Assembly: GCF_035594765.1 (NCBI RefSeq)
Contig: NC_085846.1
Coordinates: 30,615,190-30,679,189 of the forward strand
DNA length: 64,000 nt
Source of the DNA: Anolis carolinensis
Taxonomy: Eukaryota
Direction: 5' to 3'
Position numbers and translations under genes: made by a program. A model generated the notes under the pieces. That model had not been told where the DNA came from. It saw nothing but the letters and a program-made list of their open reading frames with translations, and did not search any database. The first letter of the stretch is position 1. The number at the start of each line of letters is the position of its first letter. Below are positions 46,346 to 60,100 of the stretch, in pieces.

Positions 46346-49300
46346 CATCTTCTGCTGTTATATGTTCATTCATAACATTTTTATGACCCACCCTCGTATA
46401 ACACTGTGTAACACTATTTTTGTTCCTGGGTTATAAATGTGACTTCCTAATTAGTTCTATCATAAAAACATGGGAAAATTTATTAAACAAAAGGTTGAAA
46501 TGGCATATGAAAGATTAAAAATAGGACATTTGAAGATTAAAAAATGGCAGCCACAAAACCAAAGTTTCTGGAGTATGACAATTACTTTCAAAGTAAGTAC
46601 CACACAATTAAACAGGAAATAACGATTTAAGCCAGGGACAGAAAATCTTTCAAATTTCGTTACATAGTGTACTAATTAGATCGGGTTTCAGAACCATGGG
46701 GGAATCTCCATTGCCTTTTCCTCCACTTCATATTTTTGAATAAATATGCCTGAGCTTTATCTCAACTAGAGGGTAAAGTCCAGCTTGTAGGCTTTGTATG
46801 GGTTCCAGGACATTTTATAAACTCCAACTTTTTATTCAAAGTGATTCTTGCTCCCTTCACGAAGCAAGAGGGATAACTTGACCATGCTTTTAAAATCCCA
46901 CCACTTTAAAGTAAGACATATCTTCAGGCCAGTTTGCTTCCCTTTTCCTAAATGCCAGAAGGAAAGGATCATGGCAATAGTGCCCTCTTCCAACTCCCAA
47001 AAGGATATGCAGGAACATACTGAATAAAACTGGAAGTCCAGTGAACAGCAAGTAGCCCCCTGGGTTCAGGGCAACTTTCCACTTTTGCTCTATCTGTACC
47101 ACCCATAGGCTAGTACATTTCAATAGTTTTTATTTTCTTTCTGGTCTCAATTGAAAGTGTAGATTTTCGCTCTGAAAATCCTATGTGGTATGAGGTTGAT
47201 AAAAGGGCATTTGGCCATTAACATCTACAAGAGGAGCCCCTTTGAAGATAGCTTCTGAAAACAGAACGATGCTATTCAGTATGCTTGGCACACGCAGATG
47301 GGTTTCTTTTGTATTGATCTCAAATTGTGGAATGTCCTCCTTTCAAAGTTAAGATTAGTCCCCACCTGAAAAGCAACTAGGGGGCATCTTTTCAATTTGG
47401 CCTTTTAAATTGCTTTTAGTACTTTTGATGTTTTAATATGGTTTAATGTGGATTGCTATGCCTGGATGTTGTTACTGGTCTATGTGATTTATTGTACATT
47501 GCCCATCTGAGTTTTGTGGAAACCATGCATATCTGTGTATCTGATCCTTGTAAAAGATCCTTGTAAAATCACTATGTGATTCAGCCTTAAGACCATTGAG
47601 GCTGAGGCCTATCCTTTCCAACACTGCATACTGCACTGATGATCCAAAGGAGCCCATTTTTCAGTTGGTGCTGGGAGTGGGGGTACACAAGGGACACCCC
47701 CCCCCTTGTACTTGTACCAGTAAGTACCTACTGTATATACTTGAGTATAAGCTCAGTCTTTTTTATTAGGGCTGAAAATGCCCCCCTTGGCTTATACTCG
47801 AGTGAGCGTCCTGGCCGGCTTATATTTAGATTGGCTTATACTTGAATATATAGGTTGGACAGTCTTATCTTATTAAAGTCTTATTATTGTCTTAAATTAC
47901 AGCTTTATGTAAATGTTCAAAAACATTTAACCTACTGATACCTCAATTAATGTAATTTTATTGGTATCTATTTTTATTTTTGAAATTTACCAGTAGCTGC
48001 TGCATTTCCCACCCTCATCTTATACTCGAGTCAATACGTTTTTTGTGGTAAAATTAGATGCCCCAGCTTATATTTGGGTTGGCTTATACTAGAGTATATA
48101 CAGTAATTCCTCCACTGATGGACAGGCTCTGCTAAACTTACATTGGAATCCTTTTGGAAGCTGAAGACTTACCTGCGTAGCTGAGCAGCCTTTTCGCGCT
48201 CTGAGATGTCCACTGTATTCACCACAGACTCGGCTTTCTTTCTCATCTGTTCTGCTTTCTTCAGCATCTGTGGGGACACATAAAGTACTCATTTAAGAGG
48301 AAAATAACCTCAGGGAACATGTGTGTGGGAGTGGGTATGTGTTTTCCTGCCCCAATCTCTTCACCTTCAGTTCAAAGCCAAGATACCAGCTAATGGGAAA
48401 GCCCTCTGAATGGCCATTCCCAGATGAAAACTGAGTGATTAATACTGGGCCAGAAGAACAAGTAGTTTGTCTTAACATAAAGACACCTTGGTGCCTGTGT
48501 GTGTATGCGCTCTTGCTTACCCGGCGCTTCTTGCGCGCCTTGGCTTCTGCCACTTTCTTGATGGGCCGAGCATTAATTTCCTTCCAGCGCTGGCGGTATT
48601 CCTCTACTGTCTGCCGATCCAGAGGCAATGGCTTGCGGCGATGCTGCTGCTCCTCTTGCGCAAACCAGTCCGGTAATTCCCCTTCGTCCTCATTAAAGGT
48701 ATATCTGAAGACAGGGTGATGAGTGGAAAGCAGATAGGTCAGAGCATTTCCCAAACCTCAGGTAGTAATGGAGCAGCCCCTACTGTTCATCTTCCATCCC
48801 TTCCCATTACCTGTTGAAAGAGTCGTCAATCAAGTCTCTCTTGGCCTTGCGAGAGGTGGCAATGACTTCTCCCAGCGCCAATCCCTCAGGGTCCAGAACC
48901 CGAGCTCGCTTCACTGTAGAGACACACAACTGTTACGTTAGATTTCTTGGCTACATGCTCCAGACCTATGCTGAGAGAAAATCAAAGCCAGTTAAGATGC
49001 AAGAAATGGCCGATTCCCCCACCCCTACTTACTTCGGTTTTCAATGGGTATCACCTCGATATCTTTTCCTTGTGCCCGGAGCCGCTTCTTTCCTGCACGT
49101 GAGCGTGGCTCCTCCCTAAATTAAGGGAAGAAGGGAGAATTAAAAGATTACTTTGATCCTCTTGTTCCATCAAGTTCTCTATTAGGCAGAATTAGGAATG
49201 CCAAGTTACGAACAACACTCCTATGAACCTGGTAACATTTCCCCTATTACTAGCATTTCGTAATTTATAACACTCAATCCTCTCTTCCATTTCCACCTTC

Positions 49301-51138
49301 CCAGCCACCAATCTGTCAACAATTCCATTTGTCTCACTCTGCCAATATTAATATACAGTGGGTCCTTGGTATCTGCAAGGGATTGGTTACAGGAACCCCT
49401 CCCCCACTGATACAAAAAGATGTACATGCTCAAATTCTTATTAAAATTAGTGTAGGGTAACAGAAGAGGTGGCAGAAAGGCTTATAAATGCTGTGAGCCA
49501 CCCAAAGAAGCGTGCATTGTGGTCTGCTGGCAGCTGGCACTTGGCACCTCCTCCACTAGGCCATTATTAATGCAAACTTAAAATGCTCACAATCTTTCTG
49601 CAAGCTTCACAAGGTTTGTGGAGAGACTGAGAATGTGAAGCGAGGCTTTTAATTCCCTACTAAAAATGGCATAGGGCTGCAGCGAAAGTGATGGCAAGCC
49701 CTGTCAATTGCCTTCTTCTGCCTTACGATGAAACCCTGATGCCTTAATGGTAGAAGCAGGCAGTTGGCATCTCCCCACTAAATATTCAAATGCAGGCTAT
49801 TGTGTGCAACTGAATCCTCACTGGGTTGAATTCACAGGTTGTGAACCCACAGATATGGCACACCCACTGTAATGCATCTTCAAAGCATGAACAAATGATG
49901 TATTTATTGTTCTTTATATTCAAAATACATTTTTTCTAAAATAAATTTAATCAGATTGTGGATTCACCAGTGGTCTGCAAGAACTAAAATCTGATCTGCG
50001 GCCTCACTGTTACTACTATGGACAATATCACAGCCCAACCAAAAAAAAAATTTCTTGGTGTCTTTGTTTTTAGGCTTGTTCCTGGGGTCATTTGGGGTGC
50101 TGATTCAGAAAATTGCATTAGACAGACCACATCCGCTCTGGGTTATTAAATATGGTTTTCTGTGAGCGAGCAGATGGCGACTACTAGATGGCATGTTCTG
50201 TATCAGAAACTAGAGCTGAAGTGGTCTATCAAATGCCATTTTCTGAATCAGCACCCCAAATAACCAAACCGAATCTAAAGTTGACCAAAAACTGATTCGT
50301 AACCCTTTTGGTACTAATGTTGGGAGAGTGGTCCATGGTCAAAATGGGCCCTGGTCAAAAAAAAAGGTTGGGAACCACTGGGTTACATAAATAGTAACAG
50401 CAGTCTTCCAAGTTTCTTCAAATGTATCCTCTATGATTTCTTCTCCTGTTTAGCTTTTCAGATGTTATAGAGTACACTCTATCCACATCTATATTGAAAG
50501 ATCTTCCAAAGTTTTCAATTAATTCACTATGTCTAACAAGAGTGCTATACAATTTTTATTTGACAATCTTTCATTCTCATTTTCAAATATGGAGATTAAA
50601 AGTAATGCTCCTTCATAATGTACTGTTTGACTGAACTATTTTACTTATTCAATTGAATATCTTACCCCGGAAATTAACTATCTTTGAACAGAATAATCAC
50701 ATATGCTACCCATTTCACTACAATCTCTCTACAATAACTTTGACAAATCATTATTAATTTTATGCTGTTCGAGTGAGAAGAAATACCATTTATTTAGAAG
50801 TTATTGTTTTTTAAAAATCTGTATTGTTTTTAAAATGTTCTTAGTCACCTTAAGTCCAATTATTGGGAAGAAACATGGGACATACATGCATCAAATAATA
50901 ACTGTAATGCATTTTCTTTAGCCTGGGCAGATATTGATTTATAGGGTGTCCAACTTGTATTTCACAGTTTTCCTGATAGTCCTATTCCTAAACCTGATTC
51001 TCATACCATTCTCAATCCTTTAGATTTCCCAGACTTTTCTTCCTATAATATTTGATGTAGTCTTGAAACTTACTAACTTGCTCAGTTAGTGGATTTTTCC
51101 CCATTACCCTGAGGCGATGCGGGTAAGAAATAAAATTA

Positions 51139-51191
<53 letters not shown>

Positions 51192-54100
51192 TTCAAAAAG
51201 AGCTAGAAATCTTAGGATTTTGTCCTACTTTAAGTGGTGAAAAAAATCAATTATCTGTACACAATGGAGCTAAGCAGTACCTATTGATTTAAATAAGTCC
51301 TATAAGCTTATATTTATGAAGAAATATTGTATTTTATATATTCCTTTATCACTCCATAAACAGAAATTATCTTTTATGTTTGAATAGAAGATGCATAAAA
51401 AAGATTTAAAAGGTGACAATTATACTAGGATTTTTAATAGTTAAACCATATCTTAAACAAGCCCTCTATATTGGATTGGCGATTCTTTTTACCGTTTCTT
51501 TATCTGTGGCACAAAATATTGGCACTTGACAAAGGATTTAATACAGCAGCTTCCCAACTCTGGGATTCACTTCTTAGGATGTCCACCAAAACCCAAACAT
51601 AAGCTTCTTCCCGGGCAAACGTCATAACCAGCTTTGAAAATGGGACAAGCATGTTGCAATCCAGGCTAAGCAAATGGTTGTTTTGGCAGTACATCATTAT
51701 CCATGTTTATGTCTTTAGCAACACATTCAAATCTGTTTAGCAATAGAATTAATCTCTTGATCAGTTGTCAAGGCCTGACTGATGAAATGCAGTCAAGAGG
51801 GAATTTTGTCTTAAGGCAGAGAGAGAGAGAGAGAGCAGGCTGAGAACTACAAAATGAAGAGGATTTCAGTTTTCCCATAAATATCTTTTCCCTTCCCACA
51901 GCTGCTTTCTTTCCATGGAGGCAAATTGTGGAAGCATCCCTCTGCCAGTAGAATGAAGCTCAATTCCGTTCCACACATGATCCAGACTTTGTCAGTCTCC
52001 TCTCCCCCCCCCCCCCTTGCTGCTATTTTTAATGCAAAAAAACAAAAATGCAATTACATGACTTTAAAATGTGAAACTTTTCATAAGCAGTAGGGGCTGA
52101 AAGGGCCTTTTGCAGGTGTTTGACAAAGCAAGACTAATACACTTGCAAGCAGTTTTCCTATATTTTGGGCTGTTTGAAAGGCAAAACTTTGCCTGAAAAT
52201 TATTCCATAACTGAAAATTGGTTCATAATCTTTTAAAAAAATGGGGACGGAGAGCTTAAAGGGATGCAAAATTGAGGATTGGGGAATTAAGCCTTTGACA
52301 GTGTGGATCATAATAAATTGTTTTTGGTGGTATGGGGACACCAAATCACTTTGTCTGTCTCCTGAGGAATCTGTATAACGTCCAAGCAGCAAAAATAAGA
52401 ACAGACCACAGAACAACAGATTGGTTCAAGATTGGGAAAGGAGTACGGCAGGGCTGTATACTTTCACCCTACCTATTCAACTTGTATGCAGAACACAACA
52501 TGAGACGTGTGGGGCTTGATGAATCCAAGTCTGGAGTTAAAATTACTGGAAGAAACATTAACAACCTCAGATATTCAGATGATGCCACTTTGATGGCTGA
52601 ATGTTAGGAGCAGCTGAGGAGCCTTATCACCAAGGTGAAAGAAGAAAGTGCAAAAGATGGGTTTCAGTTAAACATCAGGAAAACCAAGATTATGGCAACC
52701 AGATTGATTGATAACTGGTAAATAGAGGGAGAAAATGTGGAGGCAGTGACAGACTTTGTATTTCTAGGTGCAAAGATTACTGCAGACATAGACTGCAGCC
52801 AGGAAATCAGAAGACATCTACTTCTTGGGAGGAGAGCAATGACCAATCTTGATAAAATAGTGAAGAGTAGAGACATCACACTGGCAACGAAGGTCTGCAT
52901 AGTTAAAGCAATGGTATTTCCTGTAGTAACCTATGGATGTGAGAGCTGGACCATAAGGAAGGCTGAGCGAAGGAAGATAGACGCTTTTGAACTGTGGTGT
53001 TGGAGGAAGATTCTGAGAGCACCTTGGACCGCGAGAAGATCCAACCAGTCCATCCTCCAGGAAATAATGTCCGGCTGCTCACTGGAGGGAAGGATATTAG
53101 AGGCAAAGATGAAGTTCTTTGGCCACATAATGAGAAGACAGGAAAGCTTGGAAAAGATAATGATACTGGGGGAAATGGAAGGAAAAAGGAAAAGAGCAAA
53201 CCAAGAGCAAGATGGATGAATGTTATCCTTGAAGTGACTGGGTTGACCTTGAAAAAGTTGGGGGTGGCGATGGTCAACAGCGAGCTCTGGCGTCACAAAG
53301 AGTTGAAAGCGACTGAAACAACAAGCCACACAATTGGCTATATGCCAAAAAGTGGGGATGGTTATATCCCAAATGGAAGCTCTCAGGGAGGAAAATAGGC
53401 TCATGGGACACAAAATTAATCCCCTACCATTCCCAAGGGGGCAAATACCACCGCAGTGTTATTACTTTACCTTTCTTCCTCGGTGTCGCTGCTGTCACTG
53501 CTCTCGCTTTCTTCTGTGTCTGAGGCCTTCCCTGCAGATGGGACTTTGGTTGTTTCGGTGTCTGGGTTTTCTGCTGCTACTACCTCTGGTGCAACTTCAT
53601 TCTGGGGCAGCTTCTTCTTCCTTTTCATTGTTTTGGAGACTGGAAAGCAAATGATCATTTTTAAAGAGTGAAGAATCTTACCACACTGTCTCATTCCAGC
53701 TTTCCCACTGGATTTACTAATAGATGCCTTACATAATAGTGAAAGAAAAGAATAGGTTTCTGTCTTGAGCTTCCCTAGGTTTATAAAAGCTAGATCCAGT
53801 GTATACAATATTAGCTACAGTTACTGCAAAATGAATGGGAAGAAACAATACTGTCTTCTGGAACACGGGTCATGGGAGCCCAACTAGTCAACAAAGATCA
53901 TGGAAGCCCAACTAGTCAGCAGAGGTTTCATTTATGATGTCTGTGCTGCTCTTGTAAAATTTAAAATCCTTTCCCATGCTCTCCATATCTTAGAAACTTT
54001 TAAAAAGCATGTTAACTAAAGATATAGCCATTCTACTAATTCTTTCTAACAATAGTTTTTAAGCTTTATGGTCAAATCTGCTGGCATGGAGGGTGGATCA

Positions 54101-57100
54101 CTCTTTCTATAAACTTCTCAAGCTTCTTCTGTGCTCCATCATCACTCTCAGGTTGGACAGTTTCTCCCTTCCTGAGATAAATTAAGGCCCTTGAAATTCA
54201 TCACTCAACAAATTTACTACTGCTATTACATTTCATGATATCACATCTGCCATGATATCACATCTTGTCTGCATAGGTATGTGACTATTATCTGTGGACG
54301 TCTACTTATGAGGCATCTACTTTTGTCCCATAAATCTCCCCGCAAAGTAGGTACTGGCTGGGTTTCTTCTCACCCCATCATCAGACCTAGTCCTACAAAC
54401 TCAAAAATGAATTACCTGGTGAATTGTCTGCTTGATTCTGGGACAGGACCTGTGCCTGCCCAATCTCCAGGGCCTCGTCAGCATCATCATCAATTCCAGC
54501 AAAAATCTCCTGGACGCCAATAAACAGAGAACAAAGTCAAGGCACAGCTGGAAGCATCCTTGTCAACTTACAATATCTCTTGCTGGACACCCATCCATTC
54601 CAAACTACAGGGCACCCATCCCATAAAGCAGTCCCATGTGATGGCATACAAATGACAAATCTAGCCAAGGTCCCCCTCCAAGGAGGGCAGTATCATGCAC
54701 ATAGGCAGAGTGTGGGTCGAAAATTTGGGGGTTCAGAGGATGTTCTCAAAAGGAGAAGTTTCCAATGCTAAAATTTTCCATAGAAGCCTGCATACTCTAA
54801 AAGCAGTGGTTCTCAACCTGTGGATCCCCAGCTGTTTTGGCCTTCAACTCCTAGAAATCCTAACAGCTGGTAAACTGACTGGGATTTCTGGGAGTTGTAG
54901 GCCAAAAGACCTGGGGACCCACAGGTTGAGAACCACTGTTCTAAAGAGCCTTTCTAATCTTGAGAGCTCGACAGTCAGTACTGATTAGGACTTGGAAGGA
55001 AGACCGTCAACTAGATTCCTTGCTTAAGAAAACCCTAAAAAATTCATGGGGTTGTCATAAGTCAACAAGTGAGTTGAGGGTGTACGTGCACACCTACACA
55101 TTTAACACTTATTTTTTCTTGGGAAATGTTTAACTCCCTATATATCTAGCTATATTTTCTGTGGAAATTTTTCCATACTGCCTCTTAGTTTTTCTCTTTC
55201 TCTGACTGGTCTGTTGTGCTACATAATGTTTCCACTAGCTGTATTGTATCAGGTTTTTCCAGACTGAAGTTGGACTGATGACTATTGTTGTGAGTGAATA
55301 TAGTGAAAGGAGCCACAGTAGTTATATCGCATCAAAAGAAACTGTTGTTAAAAGGTATCTCAGGTATACTTCTTTTAAGATTTATATCCTTAAAAATGCA
55401 GCAAACTTATTTTGTTTCAGGAAATAATTATTTGGTTAAATATAAATGGATTATATGCTATTCTGAGACCCAGCATGGTGCAGTGGTTGCAGCATTAGAT
55501 TATGACTGGAGAAAAGTTTGAATCCTCAGCCTTTGAAACCCACTTGATGACCTTCGGCAAGTCATACTCTCTCAAGTCTCAGAGGAAAACAATCTCACCA
55601 AGAACACATCTCATCAAGAAAACCCTTTAGGATGACATAAATCATGAAGGCATACAACAACAACTCAATCCACCCTGAGTCCCCTCAGGGAGATAGAGCA
55701 GAATGTAAAGAAAGTATATTATATTGTTATTAAATCCTAATAAAATAAAATAAAAATAATTTGCACACAAAGCTTTGAATGTGTTTGAATATAACACTGG
55801 AGCCAAATTGGACAACCTTAATTACAGCACTGAAAAACGATCTACAATTTTGGTTTCCAGAGAAGTCACATCACTGCATGGAAGAGGAAAAGAATTACAG
55901 ATGCTTACTTTTCCAAACCACAGATTTGTCTGATGTTTATCATGCTCCTCCTTGCCTTCCAGTGAGATCAACAAAGGATTCCCTGCCTCTGCGTTCTCCT
56001 CTTCTTCCTCCTCTTCTGAGGCAACACTACAACACAAGCAGATAAGCTCGAGTGAGCCACAAACAATGAAATAGGTACAACCACCTGTCCAGACACTTGA
56101 GTGAAGAGAGAAAGCTCTGTGGACACCATGCGCCTAGAGTTTGTCCTGCTAGTCAAACTGACTCCACCTTGAACTATACAGTAAGAAATGTTTAGGACGT
56201 GCAAACCAAAAGCAACACCTCTGTATGTGCCTCGAAGATGCAAAGGAATTCTATAAATTATGCCCCATATCTTCCGAGTAGACAGGTTTTTAGAAAGGAA
56301 GCCAATACAATGATATATTTGCACCATAAGTTGGTTTTTCAAATGTTTTCAAATGTCATTTAAAAAATTAAAAATAGTGAGGTATTCTAGAACTCAGAAA
56401 CCACTGAAGACTAACTGTATTTTAAACTCAGTGATGCTAAATATTTTAAGTGATCTAAATTTTATATGAAGCAAATGTCTTATGATTATTTAAAGTTTGA
56501 ATAGCTTGATTTTACCAGGTTCTGTGTATAACATTTTATTAATGGAAAATATTAATTGAAAAATTCAAGCAAGTTCAAGCATCGAAACGATGGTGAAATT
56601 AATTGGTAATATTATGCAACTACCATATTTGTGGGTTTTGCAGATTTGATTATTCATGGATTAGATTAATACAGTCTGTTTAATGCAACTCAATGTTCAA
56701 CATCCAAAGGAAACTGATTGCAGAGTTCTGCTGCAGGACCTAGACATTCCTAGAGAAGTGGTCTCCCAGGTAAAAAGAGTTTTATTAATCATGGTTTCCC
56801 TCATTTTTGCACCCTAATCCCAGCAAAAGTTAAAGCCTACTGTATTATTAACAAGCTTGGCTATCACACAACAGCAGCTGTGGAGGTTGACATTCAGAAA
56901 CCCCATAATAACCTGAAATAAATTGAATATATATGTGATGTTATCATGTTAAAGGACCTGCAGTCTGTTATGGGTATTATCATGGCTAATATTTTGCTCC
57001 TTGATAAATGAGGATGCATTGCACACAGCAGCTCCAAAGGATAATAACATAGATAATAAAACAGAGCCAAAATACAAAATACAAGCATGAAGCAAAAAGG

Positions 57101-60100
57101 AAAGAATATAGAAAGAGAGCTAGCATTCAACAGTGAAGAAAGGAAATGAAAAATAAGAAAAATAACAGTACATGATAAAGTATGGAAAAGAAAAATGAAT
57201 CTGTATGTATTCATTTAGTTAAAAAAATGACAGAAAAAACGTGAGTTGACTTAACTATTGTCAATGTAAGCACTGTTCAAGGCTTTCATGGTTGGAATCA
57301 CTGGGTTGCTGTTCAGAAGAGAATGCTTCTGGAACATGGCCATACAACCCGGAAAACTCACAACAACCCAATGTAAGTACTATATCTTAACTCTTACAAT
57401 ATACATACCTACCTTCCTACCTACCTACCTAGATACATATAAAAGAGAGGAACCCATCCCCTTCTCTAGTAGTGTGATGAAAGGCAAGAACTTACTCTAG
57501 TAACCTAAAAGACATACTGATCCCTTTTACACTCTCCACTGTAGGACCACTTCTGGTCTTTTAAAGTATCTGGGTCAAAAAATGATGGCAGTGGTCTCTG
57601 AGGAATGACTTTCAACTTATGCAGGAGTCATATCAAAATCCACACTTTCAGCCACAAAGCTGCCCTCAACTTGAAACATGAAATTGACTTATACATGAAT
57701 ATATGTGATAAGTAAAAAAGAAGGAAGAAGGTGTTCTGCGAGAAGAGGAATAATGGATGTGGCAATGAACAAAGTTTGATACAAGTAGAAAAGGGAAAAG
57801 TAATCCGGGACAAGGCAATATGTTTTGAAGGAATAAACATTTCCCCCATGCTATTTAACATCTACATGAAACCGCTGGGAGAGGTCATCCGGAGTTTTGG
57901 AGGGCGTTGCCATCTCTACGCAGATGACACGCAAATCCACTATTCCTTTCCACCTGACTCCAAGGAAGCCCCTCGGATGCTGAACCAGTGCCTGGCCGCT
58001 GTGGCGGACTGGATGAGGAGGAACAAGCTGAGGATCAATCCTGACAAGACAGAGGCCCTCCTGGTCAATCGTGCGTCGGATCGGGGTATTGGGTGGCAAC
58101 CTGTGCTGGACGGGGTTGCACTCCCCCTGAAATCACAGGTCCGCAGTTTGGGGGTCCTCCTGGATTCAGCGTTGACGCTTGAGGCTCAGGTGTCGGCGGT
58201 GGCCGGGAGGGCCTTCGCACAACTCAAACTTGTGCGCCAACTGCGACCATACCTCGTGAAGTCTGATTTGACCACGGTGGTCCATGCCCTAGTTACCTCC
58301 AGACTGGACTACTGTAATGCACTCTACGTGGGGCTTCCCTTGAAGACGGCCCGGAAATTACAACTGGTCCAACGCTCGGCAGCCAGATTAATAACGGGGG
58401 CAAATTACAGGGAGAGATCCACTCCCTTGTTTAAGGAGCTCCACTGGCTGCCGTTCATCTTCCGGTCCCAATTCAAGGTGCAGACCATCATCTATAAAGC
58501 CCTGAACGGTTTGGGACCCACCTACCTCCGTGATCGTATCTCCTTCCATAAACCTGCCCGTTCCTTGCGATCATCCGGAGAGGCCCTGTTATCACCATTG
58601 CCTATATCCCAGGCTCGCCTTGTAAGTACAAGGGAGAGGGCCTTCTCTGCTGTGGCCCCCCGATTGTGGAACTCACTTCCCACTGAAATAAGGCAAGCTC
58701 CCACTCTGTTAGCTTTTAGGAGAGAATTAAAAACATGGCTCTTCCATTGTGCTTTCGGTGAGTAATGTCTGTCATATATCTCCGTATTACTCCCCTCCGA
58801 ACTTCTATCCTCCAGATTACCCCTTCCAAATGTCCCTGCCCATAGTGGAGTACTTCTCTGTCCCTCTCACTCCGGGTTTTATCTTTGTGTTCAAGTGGCC
58901 TGCCCTTGATTTATAGTTTTTTTGTTTTTGTTTTTTTCTTGATTTCTTGATGTTCTGTTTATTATTATTTATTGTATTTTAAATGGTGTTATGATATGTT
59001 GTTCTTATATTTTATTATGTTGTATTGCTCTGGGCATGGCCCCATGTTAGCCGCCCCGAGTCCCCATTGGGGAGATGGTGGCGGGGTATAAATAAAGTTT
59101 TATTATTATTATTATTATTATTATTTCAGATGGAGGAGCTAAAGAGAATGGATTGACTCTGAGGAAATAGGGAGCATCGAAGGAATTGCCTTCCATGCAT
59201 ATTAGATATGCAATTTCTCTTCTAGTTCTAAAGAACAAACACAAAAAAGTTAATTGGGTTTTACAAATTATCCCAAGCCATATGGTACTCTGCTCAATTC
59301 CAGTGGAAACATTTTATTTCAACAGGCAAGTATGTGTACATGAATGAGTGGAGTATCTTTTCTACAATTATCTAAACTGCCAGAACTTTTGAAACCTTAA
59401 AAAATGATATACGCAACTGTTGAAGGCTTTCATGGTCGGAATCACTGGGTTGCTGTGAGTTTTCTGGGCTGTATGGCCATGTTCCAGAAGAATTCTCTGT
59501 GTTCAGGTTGAGTCGTGTTTGGATGCTGCATTTGTACACAATGTACAAACTATCTACAGACCCACTAAAAAGGCACTGCAGACTAACTCAACCAGAGAAG
59601 TCAGCCATAGCAGAGCACTTGATGAACCAACCCAGAGACAGCATATTATTTGAGAACACAGAAATGCTGAACCACTCTAACAACCACCATGTCAGACAAC
59701 ACAGAGAAGCCACTGAAATCCATAAGCATGTGGACAATTTCAACAGAAAGTTCTCGTATTACCTGTAGTGATGAAGGCAAGATAAAGACAATCCTAGGCT
59801 TTCTAGAGAAAACACTAGGCTTTCTTGTTAAAAATGTTTCAAAGAATTATGCAACATGGAAGGAATACATATATACAGTAGAGTCTTTTATCCAACACTC
59901 ACTTATCCAACGTTCTGGATTAACCAACGCATTTTTGTAGTCAATATTCTCAATATATCGTGGTATTTTGGTGCTAAATTTGTAAATACAGTAATTACTA
60001 CATAGCATTACTGCGTATTGAACTACCTTTTCTGTCAAATTTGTTGTATAACATGATGGTTTGGTGCTTAATTTGTAAAATCATAACCTAATTTGATGTT

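Noticed and set aside
54148-54204. C/D snoRNA candidate on - in an FTSJ3 intron (GTGATGA .. CTGA)
   Set aside because: Only 57 nt box to box, no terminal stem and no recognisable rRNA guide
57731-58765. 344-aa ORF as a host gene
   Set aside because: 5'-truncated L2 reverse transcriptase with a GTG start in flanking DNA
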